This document shows, piece after piece, positions 11,301 to 19,258 of a stretch of DNA of 64,000 nt (positions are counted from its first letter, which is position 1; the number at the start of each line of letters is the position of its first letter). The position numbers and the translations under genes were made by a program. Where the stretch lies: NCBI GenBank assembly GCA_964601515.1, contig CAZRNU010000001.1, positions 9,534 to 73,533 of the forward strand, given 5' to 3'. This DNA comes from an uncultured Bacteroidales bacterium (GTDB lineage Bacteria; Bacteroidota; Bacteroidia; Bacteroidales; UBA7960). The notes under the pieces were generated by a model, which did no database searches, was not told the origin of the DNA, and saw only the letters and a program-made list of their open reading frames with translations.

Positions 11301-13802
11301 GCCAATGCCACTTGTGCTTGGGATTACCTGAAAATATACAACGGAACAAGTACAACAGCGCCTCTAATTGGTACATATTGTGGTACTAACTCTCCGGGTA
11401 CATTTATGGCAACAAATGACGACGGTGCTATTACTTTCCATTTTTACTCAGATGGAATTATCGCAAACTCCGGATGGGAAGCTATTTTTAGAGCAGTGAA
11501 TATTAGCGAACCTCCTGATTGTGCAGAAACTCCAAACCCTGCTAATGGTGCTTCAAATATTGTGATTTTACCCGGCGGAAAAGTAAGTTGGGCGCATACA
11601 TCCGGCTCTTTCGGATATGACGTGTATTTTGGCGAGAATGAATTGCCTGCTGAGGTTACAGAAACAGTTGATGTAAATAACTTTGCTGTTGAAATTAATT
11701 CCAATAGTGATTATTCTTGGAAAGTTGTTCCTTATAACAGTGCAGGGCATGCAGATGGTTGTCCAACTTGGAACTTCTCAACCGGCGAAATGCCTGATAT
11801 TGTTAATATGTCTAATGGTAGCAAAACAACTTGTAATGCTATTTTCTATGATTCAGGTGGCCCTGATGCTAATTATAACAATAACGAAGAATTCACATTT
11901 ACTTTCTTCCCCGGTGTTGAAAATGCAAATGTAATTGTAGAGTTTTTAAGTTTTGATGTAGAGTTTAATGCCACGTGTGCATGGGATTGGCTTAAAATAT
12001 ATAACGGTCCTAATATTAGTTCGCCGCTTTTAGGTACCTTCTGCGGAACAACTTCGCCAGGTACTATAACTGCTGACAATGAACAGGGAGCTCTAACATT
12101 CCAATTTAAAGCTGATATTACCGTTACTAGACCAGGATGGGAAGCTCTTGTTTCTTGTGATATTACAGAAGTTGAGATAGTTTCTGTAAATGAAATTAGC
12201 GATATTCAAGTATTTATTGGAACCACAATAGATAATGTTCCTCTTCCTGATAAGGTTAAGGTTTCATTAGCAGATGAAACGGAAGCTGAACTAACTGTAG
12301 TTTGGGATAGTGGTACTCCTTCTTATGATGGTGGCGTCACTGGATTATATGTGTTTGAAGGTGAAATTGAAATTGAAGGCAACATTATCAATCCATCAAA
12401 CTTCATAGCAACAATAAATGTTGTTGTATTCGACTCTGAAAAACAACTTGCATCTTCCGAGACTCTTGAAAACATATCAGCGTTCTATGGTACTACTTTA
12501 GGTCAGTTAGAATTACCAACCGAAGTAATGGTAACAACTGACGATGACTATTCATTATATCTCGAAGTAGTATGGGACGAAGGTACTCCTGAATATAATG
12601 GAACTACTCTTGATTCTTATTTGTTTGAAGGAGAAATCCAACTTATCCCGGGCTTCCTAAACGATGAGGATATTAAAGCATATGTAACAGTAATAGTTGT
12701 AAATAAAAACATTACCTCAGTTGCCGGATTTGCACCTATAGGAGTGAATTATAACACAGCATTGATAGACTTGAATCTTCCGGCAGATGTTTTGGTTACA
12801 CTGGAAGATGCAACAACTGTAACTTTGGATATTGACTGGGATAATGGCACTCCGGCTTATGATGGAAGTGTTCCGGGAGTGTATGAGTTTGAGGGCTCAC
12901 TAGAGTTGATAGACGGCTTATCGAATTTAAGCGAATTGCATGCATATATTACTGTAACAGTAAATTTCATATCAGCCACAATAAGTCCTGATGAGATAGA
13001 TATGTATCTTAACTGGCCAAACGAAGACAAGGAGATAGAGATTTTATGGCATGATGCAGTAAGTTTATCGGGCTTTAAATTCCAGGATGGCGAAGAATGG
13101 ACAGACGTTCCATCGGAGTGGTATGAATTAGAAGATCATGGAGATGGAACAGCCACTCTAACCATATTTGCATCAGAGATTGACATGAATAAAGCAGATC
13201 ATAATGTATCTGATGATAATCCATGGAGAATAGAATTTAATATGGGCAATCATGCATATGGCAATACAAACATGATTGTAAAAACCTTCACTGTTACTTT
13301 CGTTGTGAAAGATGAAGACAGTAATGTAATTACAGGTGCTTCAGTTGAATTTGACACTTATGATGGCAATGACAATGCAGGAGAAATATGGAGTGGAAGT
13401 GGATTAGTATATGAAGTATGGGCAAGTGGAGATTATGAATATACAGTATCAGCCGAAGGCTTCAAGCCAGCCAGTGACATTATTTCATCAGTTGTTGAAG
13501 ATCTTACAATAAATGTAGTTTTAGAAGATGAAACAATTGGAATTACTGAAATTGACAGTAATGTTAAAATCTATCCAAATCCGTCAACGGGTTTGTTTAA
13601 TATAGAATTTAATGGAATAAAGGGTATTGTAAATATGACAATACTAAACTATCAAGGACAGGTTGTACTATCTCAAACCTTTAACAGTGATGGAGCAGGA
13701 GTGAGCCAAAAATTGAATCTGGGTGAATTTGCAAAAGGCATTTATTATGTCAGAATTCAATCGGGTGATATAATTAAGGTTGAAAAATTGATTCTTCAGT
13801 AA
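8400..13802 (+). CDS. giant T9SS-secreted peptidase, family C25 (gingipain-like), paralog of the upstream gene
   Basis: 1800-aa ORF with a signal peptide (MKKLFLTIVLMASIIVVNAQ) and a gingipain propeptide-like N-terminal region. Catalytic contexts are INYINHGSDTGW (His) and FIWAVACVNGNF (Cys). The downstream module order matches gene 1, including CUB-like modules (~11164-11490 and 11832-12158). The T9SS C-terminal domain reads KIYPNPSTGLFNI...GIYYVRIQ. Confidence 0.9.
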   Translation: MKKLFLTIVLMASIIVVNAQTNWVGISSSKKKAAETNLVKSDIQSSQVKFSLEGFVESMVSTPKGIEKTLSLYDGVQIMEKGAPDLGKEFFSIIIPDTDEMAIKIVNSQFVDYKGIDIAPSKGHLYRNVNPEDVPFEYSDVYSKDAFWPGNIAQLEDPFIMRDVRGQTVTIFPFQYNAVTKTLRVYYDIELEIYSTGNIGKNTLSRRDNVVKIDPEFNHIYNRMFLNNKSFDKSFTIIEEEGSMLIICFDDYMNAMKPFVDWKRTIGRKTTIVPKSTAGTTAAAIKTFVTNYYNENDDFTYLLIVGDAPQIPTNSTSWGHSDNAYGFIVGADQYNEIIVGRFSAESVAQVQTQVQRMIHYERDITAADTWLNVGMGVARNEGAGNGHNGGEADYVHADFIRDTLLNYTYSAVHREYDGNVPGLPNTTASSISSKINSGVSIINYINHGSDTGWSVADYNSSHVNALTNIGKLPFIWAVACVNGNFNSITCFAEAWMRATHNGEPTGAIGTLMSTINQAWQPPMTGQDEMVTILAEKRGHIKRTYGGLSINGSMVMIAAHGASGTETHVTWNLFGDPSLMVRTDVPQVISASYNPVILLGLSTFQVNVDNAEGAVVSITRRNEDTQEVVILGTAVVNGGTALVEFVEPIESPGVATLAITAYNKVTYINDELGIIPPEGPYVVFKSLTIDDSAENNNGLADYSETVLLNVTLENVGVENAENITATLTSENEYVNIIDGNSAWGDIEAGELSLLDAAFTVSFADNTPDQERVRFTIEMTDGNEVWESTFNITVNAPVLVFQGLVIDDGGMGIPGILDPGETADIITNVKNIGHATSLEIIVTLDTESPWVTVNTLEAVELGSLAPGEAAEANFNVTALEETPIEQAVELLYTAATGEYTFEDSKQIVIGLIPVYLMGQSATVTAPIGRFYDTGGPTANYSNNENIIMTFYPMNPGSVLEFEFLHFDVEANATCAWDYLKIYNGTSTTAPLIGTYCGTNSPGTFMATNDDGAITFHFYSDGIIANSGWEAIFRAVNISEPPDCAETPNPANGASNIVILPGGKVSWAHTSGSFGYDVYFGENELPAEVTETVDVNNFAVEINSNSDYSWKVVPYNSAGHADGCPTWNFSTGEMPDIVNMSNGSKTTCNAIFYDSGGPDANYNNNEEFTFTFFPGVENANVIVEFLSFDVEFNATCAWDWLKIYNGPNISSPLLGTFCGTTSPGTITADNEQGALTFQFKADITVTRPGWEALVSCDITEVEIVSVNEISDIQVFIGTTIDNVPLPDKVKVSLADETEAELTVVWDSGTPSYDGGVTGLYVFEGEIEIEGNIINPSNFIATINVVVFDSEKQLASSETLENISAFYGTTLGQLELPTEVMVTTDDDYSLYLEVVWDEGTPEYNGTTLDSYLFEGEIQLIPGFLNDEDIKAYVTVIVVNKNITSVAGFAPIGVNYNTALIDLNLPADVLVTLEDATTVTLDIDWDNGTPAYDGSVPGVYEFEGSLELIDGLSNLSELHAYITVTVNFISATISPDEIDMYLNWPNEDKEIEILWHDAVSLSGFKFQDGEEWTDVPSEWYELEDHGDGTATLTIFASEIDMNKADHNVSDDNPWRIEFNMGNHAYGNTNMIVKTFTVTFVVKDEDSNVITGASVEFDTYDGNDNAGEIWSGSGLVYEVWASGDYEYTVSAEGFKPASDIISSVVEDLTINVVLEDETIGITEIDSNVKIYPNPSTGLFNIEFNGIKGIVNMTILNYQGQVVLSQTFNSDGAGVSQKLNLGEFAKGIYYVRIQSGDIIKVEKLILQ
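12385..13585 (+). repeat. copy 2 of the 1201-bp perfect direct repeat (inside C25 gene 2)
   Basis: Identical to 6894-8094. It encodes the same 400 aa in the same frame (INPSNFIATINVV...KIYPNPS). Confidence 0.9.
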
Positions 13803-13822
13803 TCATAGTTAATCAATAAAAA

Positions 13823-13851
13823 AGCCGGAAAAAATTTTTCCGGCTTTTTTT
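13823..13851. terminator. bidirectional rho-independent terminator shared by C25 gene 2 and pheT
   Basis: The sequence is AAAAAAGCCGG-aaaaaattttt-CCGGCTTTTTTT. The GC stem is flanked by an A-run and a T-run, so it can terminate either strand. It sits between convergent stops and touches the pheT stop codon. Confidence 0.75.
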
Positions 13852-16318
13852 ATCTGATTGATGCGCCTAATTCAGACTGGAAACTCTTTAGTAAATTATC
13901 CATCGCTTTATCTATTTCCCTGTCTGTAAGAGTTTTAGATTCATCCTGAAGAATAAAACTTACCGCATATGACTTCTTGTCCTTTCCTATTTTATTATCA
14001 TCTTGGTAAACATCAAACAAGCCAACTTTTTTAAGTAGTTTCTTCTCTGTTTTATAAGCTAGAGATTCAATTTGAGCAAAATTCACAGATTTGTCAATTA
14101 TAAGAGCAAGGTCTCTTCTAACTTCAGGGAATTTTGATATTTCTTTATATAATATTTGAGCTTTTCCGGCAAGTTTTACAATATTATCCCATTCAAAAAC
14201 TGCATAATATACATCACCTTTAATGTCAAATCTTTTCAAAAATGATTTATTTACATATCCAGCTTTTACAATTTGTTTTTCATTTATATAAAATGTAAGA
14301 CCATATGAGAATGTTGAATCATTGATAATCTCTTCAGTTTTAATATTTCTTTCATAAATACAAAGTTTTGACAGTATTGAAACAGCATATCCTTTTAATT
14401 CAAAGAAATCTGCTTTTGATGATGCTGAGTACCAACTTTCAGGTTGTTGATCGCCTGTAAGAAACAATGAAAGCAGAGCTTTTTCATTGTACTTGCTCAA
14501 TCCTTGATTATCCTGTGATATGTTGTTTTTTAATGAATATACATTTCCAAACTCAAATATTTTGAGGTCGTTAACTTTCCTGTTTTGATTGTAAGCAATT
14601 ACTTCGAGGCCTCCATAAAGCAAATCCTGACGCAGTACATTAAGATCCTGACTTAATGGGTTGAGCATTTTTACAGCTGATTCAAGTCCTTCGTTTTTGT
14701 AATAATCTATCTTGGTTAGAGAATTATTCATAATTTCAACGAACCCTTTGCTGCATAGCATGTCAGAAATAGCGTTTTGCAAAAGTTCTTTATCCGGCTT
14801 TGGAGAAAGAACTATTGATGATGTAAACTTATCCGGAATTTCAATATTATTATACCCATAAATTCTTAAGATCTCTTCAATTACGTCGGCTTCCCTTAAA
14901 ACATCAACCTTAAAAGCCGGAATTTCCAAACTTAAGCCTTGCTCATTTTCTGAAAGTATTTTTATTTCAAGTGATTCAAGGATATTTTTAATTATGTTTC
15001 TATCAATCTTTTTACCTATTAAAGAATCTGTGTTTTTATAGTTTAAAGAAACATTATTGCATTTAATTTCTGTTGGATAATTATCAACAACGTCGGAAGA
15101 AATGCTTCCTCCGGCTATTTTCTTTATCAGCATTGCAGCTCTTTTTAGAGCATAAACAGTAATATGAGGGTCTGTTCCTCTCTCAAATCGGAATGAAGCA
15201 TCAGTTTTTATGTCGTGATGCTTAGAAGATTTTCTAATTGAAGCCGCCTGGAAATATGCACTTTCCAAAAATATGTTTTTAGTTTTTTCTGTCACGCCAG
15301 ACTCCAATCCACCCAGAATACCTGCCATACACATAGCTTCTTCAACATTGCAAATCATAAGATTTTCACCTGTAAGTTCAATTTCTTTCTCATCGAGAGT
15401 AATAAACTTGGTGCCTTTTGGTGGTTTTTTTACAAAAACTTTGTCGCCTTTAATTTTATCAGCGTCAAAAGCATGTAAAGGTTGCCCTGTTTCATGTAGT
15501 ACAAAATTGGTAATATCTACGATATTATTAATTGGTTTTAATCCTATTGATTTAAGTCTATTTTGAAGCCATTCAGGCGATTCGTTAACTTTTACGCCAG
15601 ATATAGTAATACCCGAATATCTTGGGCAGGCTAACAAGTCATCAATAATTACTTCAATGAATCTTGAATTATTGTCGGTTTTAAAACTGTCTAAAGATGG
15701 TTTGCTGATACTAATAAAATCTTTTTTGTTGCTTTTAGTTGCATTAATAACAGCAACAATATCTCTGGCAACGCCAATGTGCGACGATGCATCTACTCTG
15801 TTTGGGGTAAGTCCTATCTCAAAGACGACATCCTCAGTAACGTTGTAATACTTAGAGGCAGGTGTTCCAATTTTTGCAGATTCAGGCAAAACAATAATCC
15901 CGTCATGAGAAGTTCCAATTCCAATTTCATCTTCAGCGCAAATCATACCGAAGCTTTCCTGACCACGTATTTTAGCCTTTTTTATTTCAAACTGTTCGCC
16001 TTTGATAGTATGTAATGTTGTGCCTACTGTTGCAACAACAACTTTTTGGTTTTCTCTAACATTTGGAGCGCCGCATACAATTTGCAATAAATTATCTTGT
16101 CCGATATCAACATGTGTAAGTGATAGCTTATCTGCTTCAGGATGTTTAATACATTGTTTAACCTGTCCTACCACAATACCCTTCAAACCTCCTTTAATAC
16201 TTTCGGTTTTTTCTAGCCCTTCCACTTCGAGTCCGCAAGATGTAAGTATCTCGGATAGTTTTTCTGCTTCAATGTCTATGTTAATGTATTCTTTGAGCCA
16301 ATTATAGGAAATCTTCAT
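13850..16318 (-). CDS. pheT: phenylalanine--tRNA ligase beta subunit
   Basis: The canonical N-terminus MKISYNWLKEYI begins at the ATG at 16318. The tRNA-binding, B3/4 and B5 regions and the C-terminal anticodon-binding-like domain are recognisable. The ORF-track start at 16348 adds 10 aa and would leave the -7 box only a few nt upstream of the start codon. Confidence 0.92.
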   Translation of the reverse strand: MKISYNWLKEYINIDIEAEKLSEILTSCGLEVEGLEKTESIKGGLKGIVVGQVKQCIKHPEADKLSLTHVDIGQDNLLQIVCGAPNVRENQKVVVATVGTTLHTIKGEQFEIKKAKIRGQESFGMICAEDEIGIGTSHDGIIVLPESAKIGTPASKYYNVTEDVVFEIGLTPNRVDASSHIGVARDIVAVINATKSNKKDFISISKPSLDSFKTDNNSRFIEVIIDDLLACPRYSGITISGVKVNESPEWLQNRLKSIGLKPINNIVDITNFVLHETGQPLHAFDADKIKGDKVFVKKPPKGTKFITLDEKEIELTGENLMICNVEEAMCMAGILGGLESGVTEKTKNIFLESAYFQAASIRKSSKHHDIKTDASFRFERGTDPHITVYALKRAAMLIKKIAGGSISSDVVDNYPTEIKCNNVSLNYKNTDSLIGKKIDRNIIKNILESLEIKILSENEQGLSLEIPAFKVDVLREADVIEEILRIYGYNNIEIPDKFTSSIVLSPKPDKELLQNAISDMLCSKGFVEIMNNSLTKIDYYKNEGLESAVKMLNPLSQDLNVLRQDLLYGGLEVIAYNQNRKVNDLKIFEFGNVYSLKNNISQDNQGLSKYNEKALLSLFLTGDQQPESWYSASSKADFFELKGYAVSILSKLCIYERNIKTEEIINDSTFSYGLTFYINEKQIVKAGYVNKSFLKRFDIKGDVYYAVFEWDNIVKLAGKAQILYKEISKFPEVRRDLALIIDKSVNFAQIESLAYKTEKKLLKKVGLFDVYQDDNKIGKDKKSYAVSFILQDESKTLTDREIDKAMDNLLKSFQSELGASIR

Positions 16319-16345
16319 AATAAATGTTTTATAAAATGACAATTG

Positions 16346-16353
16346 CAAAAGTA
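16346..16353 (-). promoter_or_regulatory. -7 promoter box for pheT
   Basis: The minus strand reads TACTTTTG (TAnnTTTG), 27 nt upstream of the ATG at 16318. Confidence 0.45.
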
Positions 16354-16379
16354 ATAAAATTGAGTATAGAATTACTCCT

Positions 16380-16416
16380 AAAAAAAGAGGCCGGCATTGA
16401 AATCAGTGCCGGCCTC
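16380..16416 (-). terminator. rho-independent terminator after the coiled-coil gene pair
   Basis: A perfect 10-bp GC-rich stem forms between GAGGCCGGCA (16387-16396) and TGCCGGCCTC (16407-16416). On the minus strand it is followed by TTTTTTT, and it lies 20 nt after the stop of the 16436-17386 gene. Confidence 0.75.
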
Positions 16417-16435
16417 CAATTAATATTGTTAAGTA

Positions 16436-17386
16436 TTATTTCAACTCCATTAGTTTGTAGCCAAGCTCATATCCTTCAGAAAATATTACAATGTTGTAAT
16501 ATCCTTTAGTGAATTTGTCATTTTGGCTGTAAATCATGCAAATATCTTGAGCATTGTTTTGGAAATTAACGGTTCTCTGGACAGAGAAAGATAATTCATC
16601 ACCCTGATAGTTGAATGTATCGTCAGGGAAAGCAGTAAGTACTTTGTTGCCCGGATCAATAATTCTAACGTAGAAATCACGGTTGCCTGGAGTAGCAACG
16701 AGGTTTTGATTAATAGTAAAGCATACTTGAACTTTGCTGGTTTTTTTAGCTTTATTTGTTGGTTCGTCACCTTTACGTTTTACGCGCACTCCATTAGCTT
16801 CTATGCTGGAAATAGAAAGAATTGATGCTTTTTTTAGCTGTTCTTCAATTTCTCTTTTCTCTCTTTCAAGTTGCGAATTGCGTGCAGTTGTTTGGTTCAG
16901 CGAATTCTGAATTTGAGACTTTTCTCCTGCCAACATTTGATTTTCACTTTTTAGAGATTCAGCTTCTTCTTGATATCCCGCAAGAAGTCTTTCAAGTTCA
17001 TCTATTTTTGCTTGTAATGAAGGATCTCCAACACCACCTGTTCCATGAAGTTGTGTTCTAAGTCTGGCAATTTTTGTTCTTTCTGAGCCAAGATCTTTTT
17101 CCATATCGGTAAATTCAAGGCTGAGTTTTTGGAATTCTGCTTCAAGAGCGTCAAGTTGCTTAAGAAGCTCATCTCTTTCTTTTGCTATTAGCTGATTTTG
17201 TTTTTTTGCGTTTTCTGCTTCATGGCGAACTTCTAAAACTTCACGTAATAACAACCCTCCGCCTACTGCAAGAATAAGGGCAAATATTGACAAAAAGATT
17301 ATTGCGCCAACACCTTTAGTTTTTTGCTTATTTGGTGATTGGTTAGGTGTGGCAGTTGTTGTAGCTGGTTTGTTTACTTTTTCCAT
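16436..17386 (-). CDS. single-pass membrane coiled-coil protein with conserved C-terminal beta-rich domain (unknown function), paralog B
   Basis: 316-aa ORF. It has a polar N-terminus, one TM (GAIIFLSIFALILAVGGGLLL) and ~150 aa of heptad-rich E/K/Q/L sequence. The C-terminal domain contains KVQVCFTINQNLVATPGNRDFYVRIIDPGNKVL. Confidence 0.7.
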   Translation of the reverse strand: MEKVNKPATTTATPNQSPNKQKTKGVGAIIFLSIFALILAVGGGLLLREVLEVRHEAENAKKQNQLIAKERDELLKQLDALEAEFQKLSLEFTDMEKDLGSERTKIARLRTQLHGTGGVGDPSLQAKIDELERLLAGYQEEAESLKSENQMLAGEKSQIQNSLNQTTARNSQLEREKREIEEQLKKASILSISSIEANGVRVKRKGDEPTNKAKKTSKVQVCFTINQNLVATPGNRDFYVRIIDPGNKVLTAFPDDTFNYQGDELSFSVQRTVNFQNNAQDICMIYSQNDKFTKGYYNIVIFSEGYELGYKLMELK

Positions 17387-17414
17387 AGTAATAATTTATT
17401 AGTGGGTAAAAATG

Positions 17415-18353
17415 TTAATTCAAAGTTAAGGATGTTTCTCCCATAAGGGCATCATCTGTGAAAATTGAAATTAAATACTGACCGGGATCAAAATCTTTGT
17501 TTTTATCCCATGTCAGGCACATATCAATGTTTTTATTGTTGTAATCAAAATGACTTTTTATAGAATATTGAAGAGTATCTTCTCTGAAAATAAAAGAATA
17601 AGAATCATCATCACTTATTCTTAGTATTTCAGTATTTGGAGCAGCTATGCGCATATAAACATTTTTTCTTCCGGGTTGAGTTATTGGATTTTCCGCAATC
17701 ATAAAGCAAACTTTAATTTTCTCAACTCTTTTGGCTTTATCTGTTTCTCTTTCAGTATTTCTGAATCCTGCTGTTCGTGTGCCAATAGCAGACATCTGAA
17801 ATGCTCTTAATCCGGCTGCAATTTCAACTTTTTCCTCAAGTTGCTGCTTTGTTTGAGTTAAAGCTTCAGTTTGTTTCACAACAGTACGAATTTCATCCTG
17901 CATTCTAACATTCTCGGCTTTTAAAACTTTATTTTCTGTATGCAAGCTGTCAATTTCGCGAACATAATTTTGAGTTATATCCCTTAACAAATCAAGTTGT
18001 CTTCTAATTCTATGGTAGTCTGCTTGCTGAGCAATAAGTTTATTGATCTCCTTTGCCTTTTCCTGAATAATTTGATCTTTATCATATAATACGCTGTCAT
18101 ATTCTAATTTTACGGCAGTATATTCAAATATCATTGAATCGAGCTCATTTTTGAGCTGTAAGTTTTCTTCTTGTGATAATGTTTTCTCTGTAGATGTAGT
18201 CTCTAGTGATTGCCTTGTTTCAATCAGCATATAAGTTAGCACTCCTATTATTAATAGCATTACAATTGATGCCCATTGAAAAAGTATTAATTTGTTTTTC
18301 ATTTCTTGATTTGTGCTTTCCATTCCTGAATTTGTATTCACTCTATCTTCCAT
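17415..18353 (-). CDS. single-pass membrane coiled-coil protein with conserved C-terminal beta-rich domain (unknown function), paralog A
   Basis: 312-aa ORF with the same architecture as its neighbour. The TM is LILFQWASIVMLLIIGVLTYMLI. The C-terminal KIKVCFMIAENPITQPGRKNVYMRIAAPNTEIL aligns with the neighbour. Confidence 0.7.
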   Translation of the reverse strand: MEDRVNTNSGMESTNQEMKNKLILFQWASIVMLLIIGVLTYMLIETRQSLETTSTEKTLSQEENLQLKNELDSMIFEYTAVKLEYDSVLYDKDQIIQEKAKEINKLIAQQADYHRIRRQLDLLRDITQNYVREIDSLHTENKVLKAENVRMQDEIRTVVKQTEALTQTKQQLEEKVEIAAGLRAFQMSAIGTRTAGFRNTERETDKAKRVEKIKVCFMIAENPITQPGRKNVYMRIAAPNTEILRISDDDSYSFIFREDTLQYSIKSHFDYNNKNIDMCLTWDKNKDFDPGQYLISIFTDDALMGETSLTLN

Positions 18354-18562
18354 TGTTGGTTTTAATTTCGATTTTAATTATTTACTAATATGTCAAGCCG
18401 TTTATGAACTATTACGATAATTCAATACAAAATGTTTCTTTTTTTTAAAAAAAGTGTTCAAAATCAGCTTTTCTATCTGTTTTTTTTGTTTTTTTGAACA
18501 ACATTTGATTTCATACAACGTGCAAAGGTATTTTTTTTATACATCTATAACAAACAAAAATC

Positions 18563-19255
18563 ATGTTAATGAATTTGTTAAGAAGCTTTTTAGGTTTGAT
18601 TTTTCCTGATTTGTGTCTTTGCTGCAATGTGTCTTTAACAGGAAATGAAAAGATAATTTGCACAAGCTGTATTTACAGCTTGCCCAAAACATACTTTCAT
18701 AATGATATTGATAATCCTATGGAAAAAATATTTCGAGGTAGGATTCCTGTTGAATCAACAGCTGCTTATTTATATTTTCATAAAGGAGGAAGAGTGCAAG
18801 AGCTTATGCATAAACTGAAATACAGGGGAAAACAACAGATTGGATATTATTTGGGTAAGTTATATGGTAATGAGTTGGCAAATTCACCTTATTTTTCCAA
18901 TATTGACCTTATTGTGCCAGTCCCAATGCATCCTGCGAAGCAAAGAAAGCGCGGATATAATCAAAGTGAGGTTATTGCAAAAGGAATTGCAGAGACATTA
19001 AATAAACCCCTAGACATTAAAGGTCTGGCAAAAGTTGAAAAAACTCAAACACAAACGCGGAAGGCGAGATTTGTGCGCTGGGAAAATGTTGAAACTGTTT
19101 TTGCAGTTAGAGATTTATCAAAATTTGAGAACAAACATATTTTGATAGTTGATGATGTTTTAACAACAGGAGCCACTATTGAATCCTGTTGCCAAAAACT
19201 CCTTGAAATAAAAGGAGTCAAAATTAGTGTAGTAACTCTTGCTATTGCCTCTTGA
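18563..19255 (+). CDS. ComF family protein (phosphoribosyltransferase domain)
   Basis: 230-aa ORF with N-terminal Cys pairs (CLCC...CTSC) and a C-terminal PRTase motif (ILIVDDVLTTGATIESC). Confidence 0.85.
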   Translation: MLMNLLRSFLGLIFPDLCLCCNVSLTGNEKIICTSCIYSLPKTYFHNDIDNPMEKIFRGRIPVESTAAYLYFHKGGRVQELMHKLKYRGKQQIGYYLGKLYGNELANSPYFSNIDLIVPVPMHPAKQRKRGYNQSEVIAKGIAETLNKPLDIKGLAKVEKTQTQTRKARFVRWENVETVFAVRDLSKFENKHILIVDDVLTTGATIESCCQKLLEIKGVKISVVTLAIAS

Positions 19256-19258
19256 CAG

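Noticed and set aside
8826-12079. Eight 60-87-aa ORFs inside the second C25 gene, mostly on the minus strand with one on the plus strand in another frame. Similar ORFs lie inside pheT, the LTD gene, the S1 protease and the transporter fusion, e.g. 33618-34034 and 15273-16307.
   Set aside because: All lie entirely within long ORFs that carry strong family motifs. They have low-complexity or Ser/Ile/Phe-rich composition typical of wrong-frame or antisense reading of AT-rich genes, and no promoter boxes or motifs of their own.
13850-16348. Longer ORF-track starts for pheT (16348), mazG (47590), the SpoU methyltransferase (48285), purN (42989), the CBS gene (57985), the DUF4382 gene (31374), the MORN gene (26989) and the nitroreductase (39434).
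   Set aside because: The extensions begin at TTG/GTG or add non-conserved residues before canonical N-termini or signal peptides. In the SpoU methyltransferase and CBS cases a TAnnTTTG box falls inside the extension. For pheT the box sits too close upstream of the longer start, and the mazG extension would overlap the upstream gene. Internal ATG starts were preferred.
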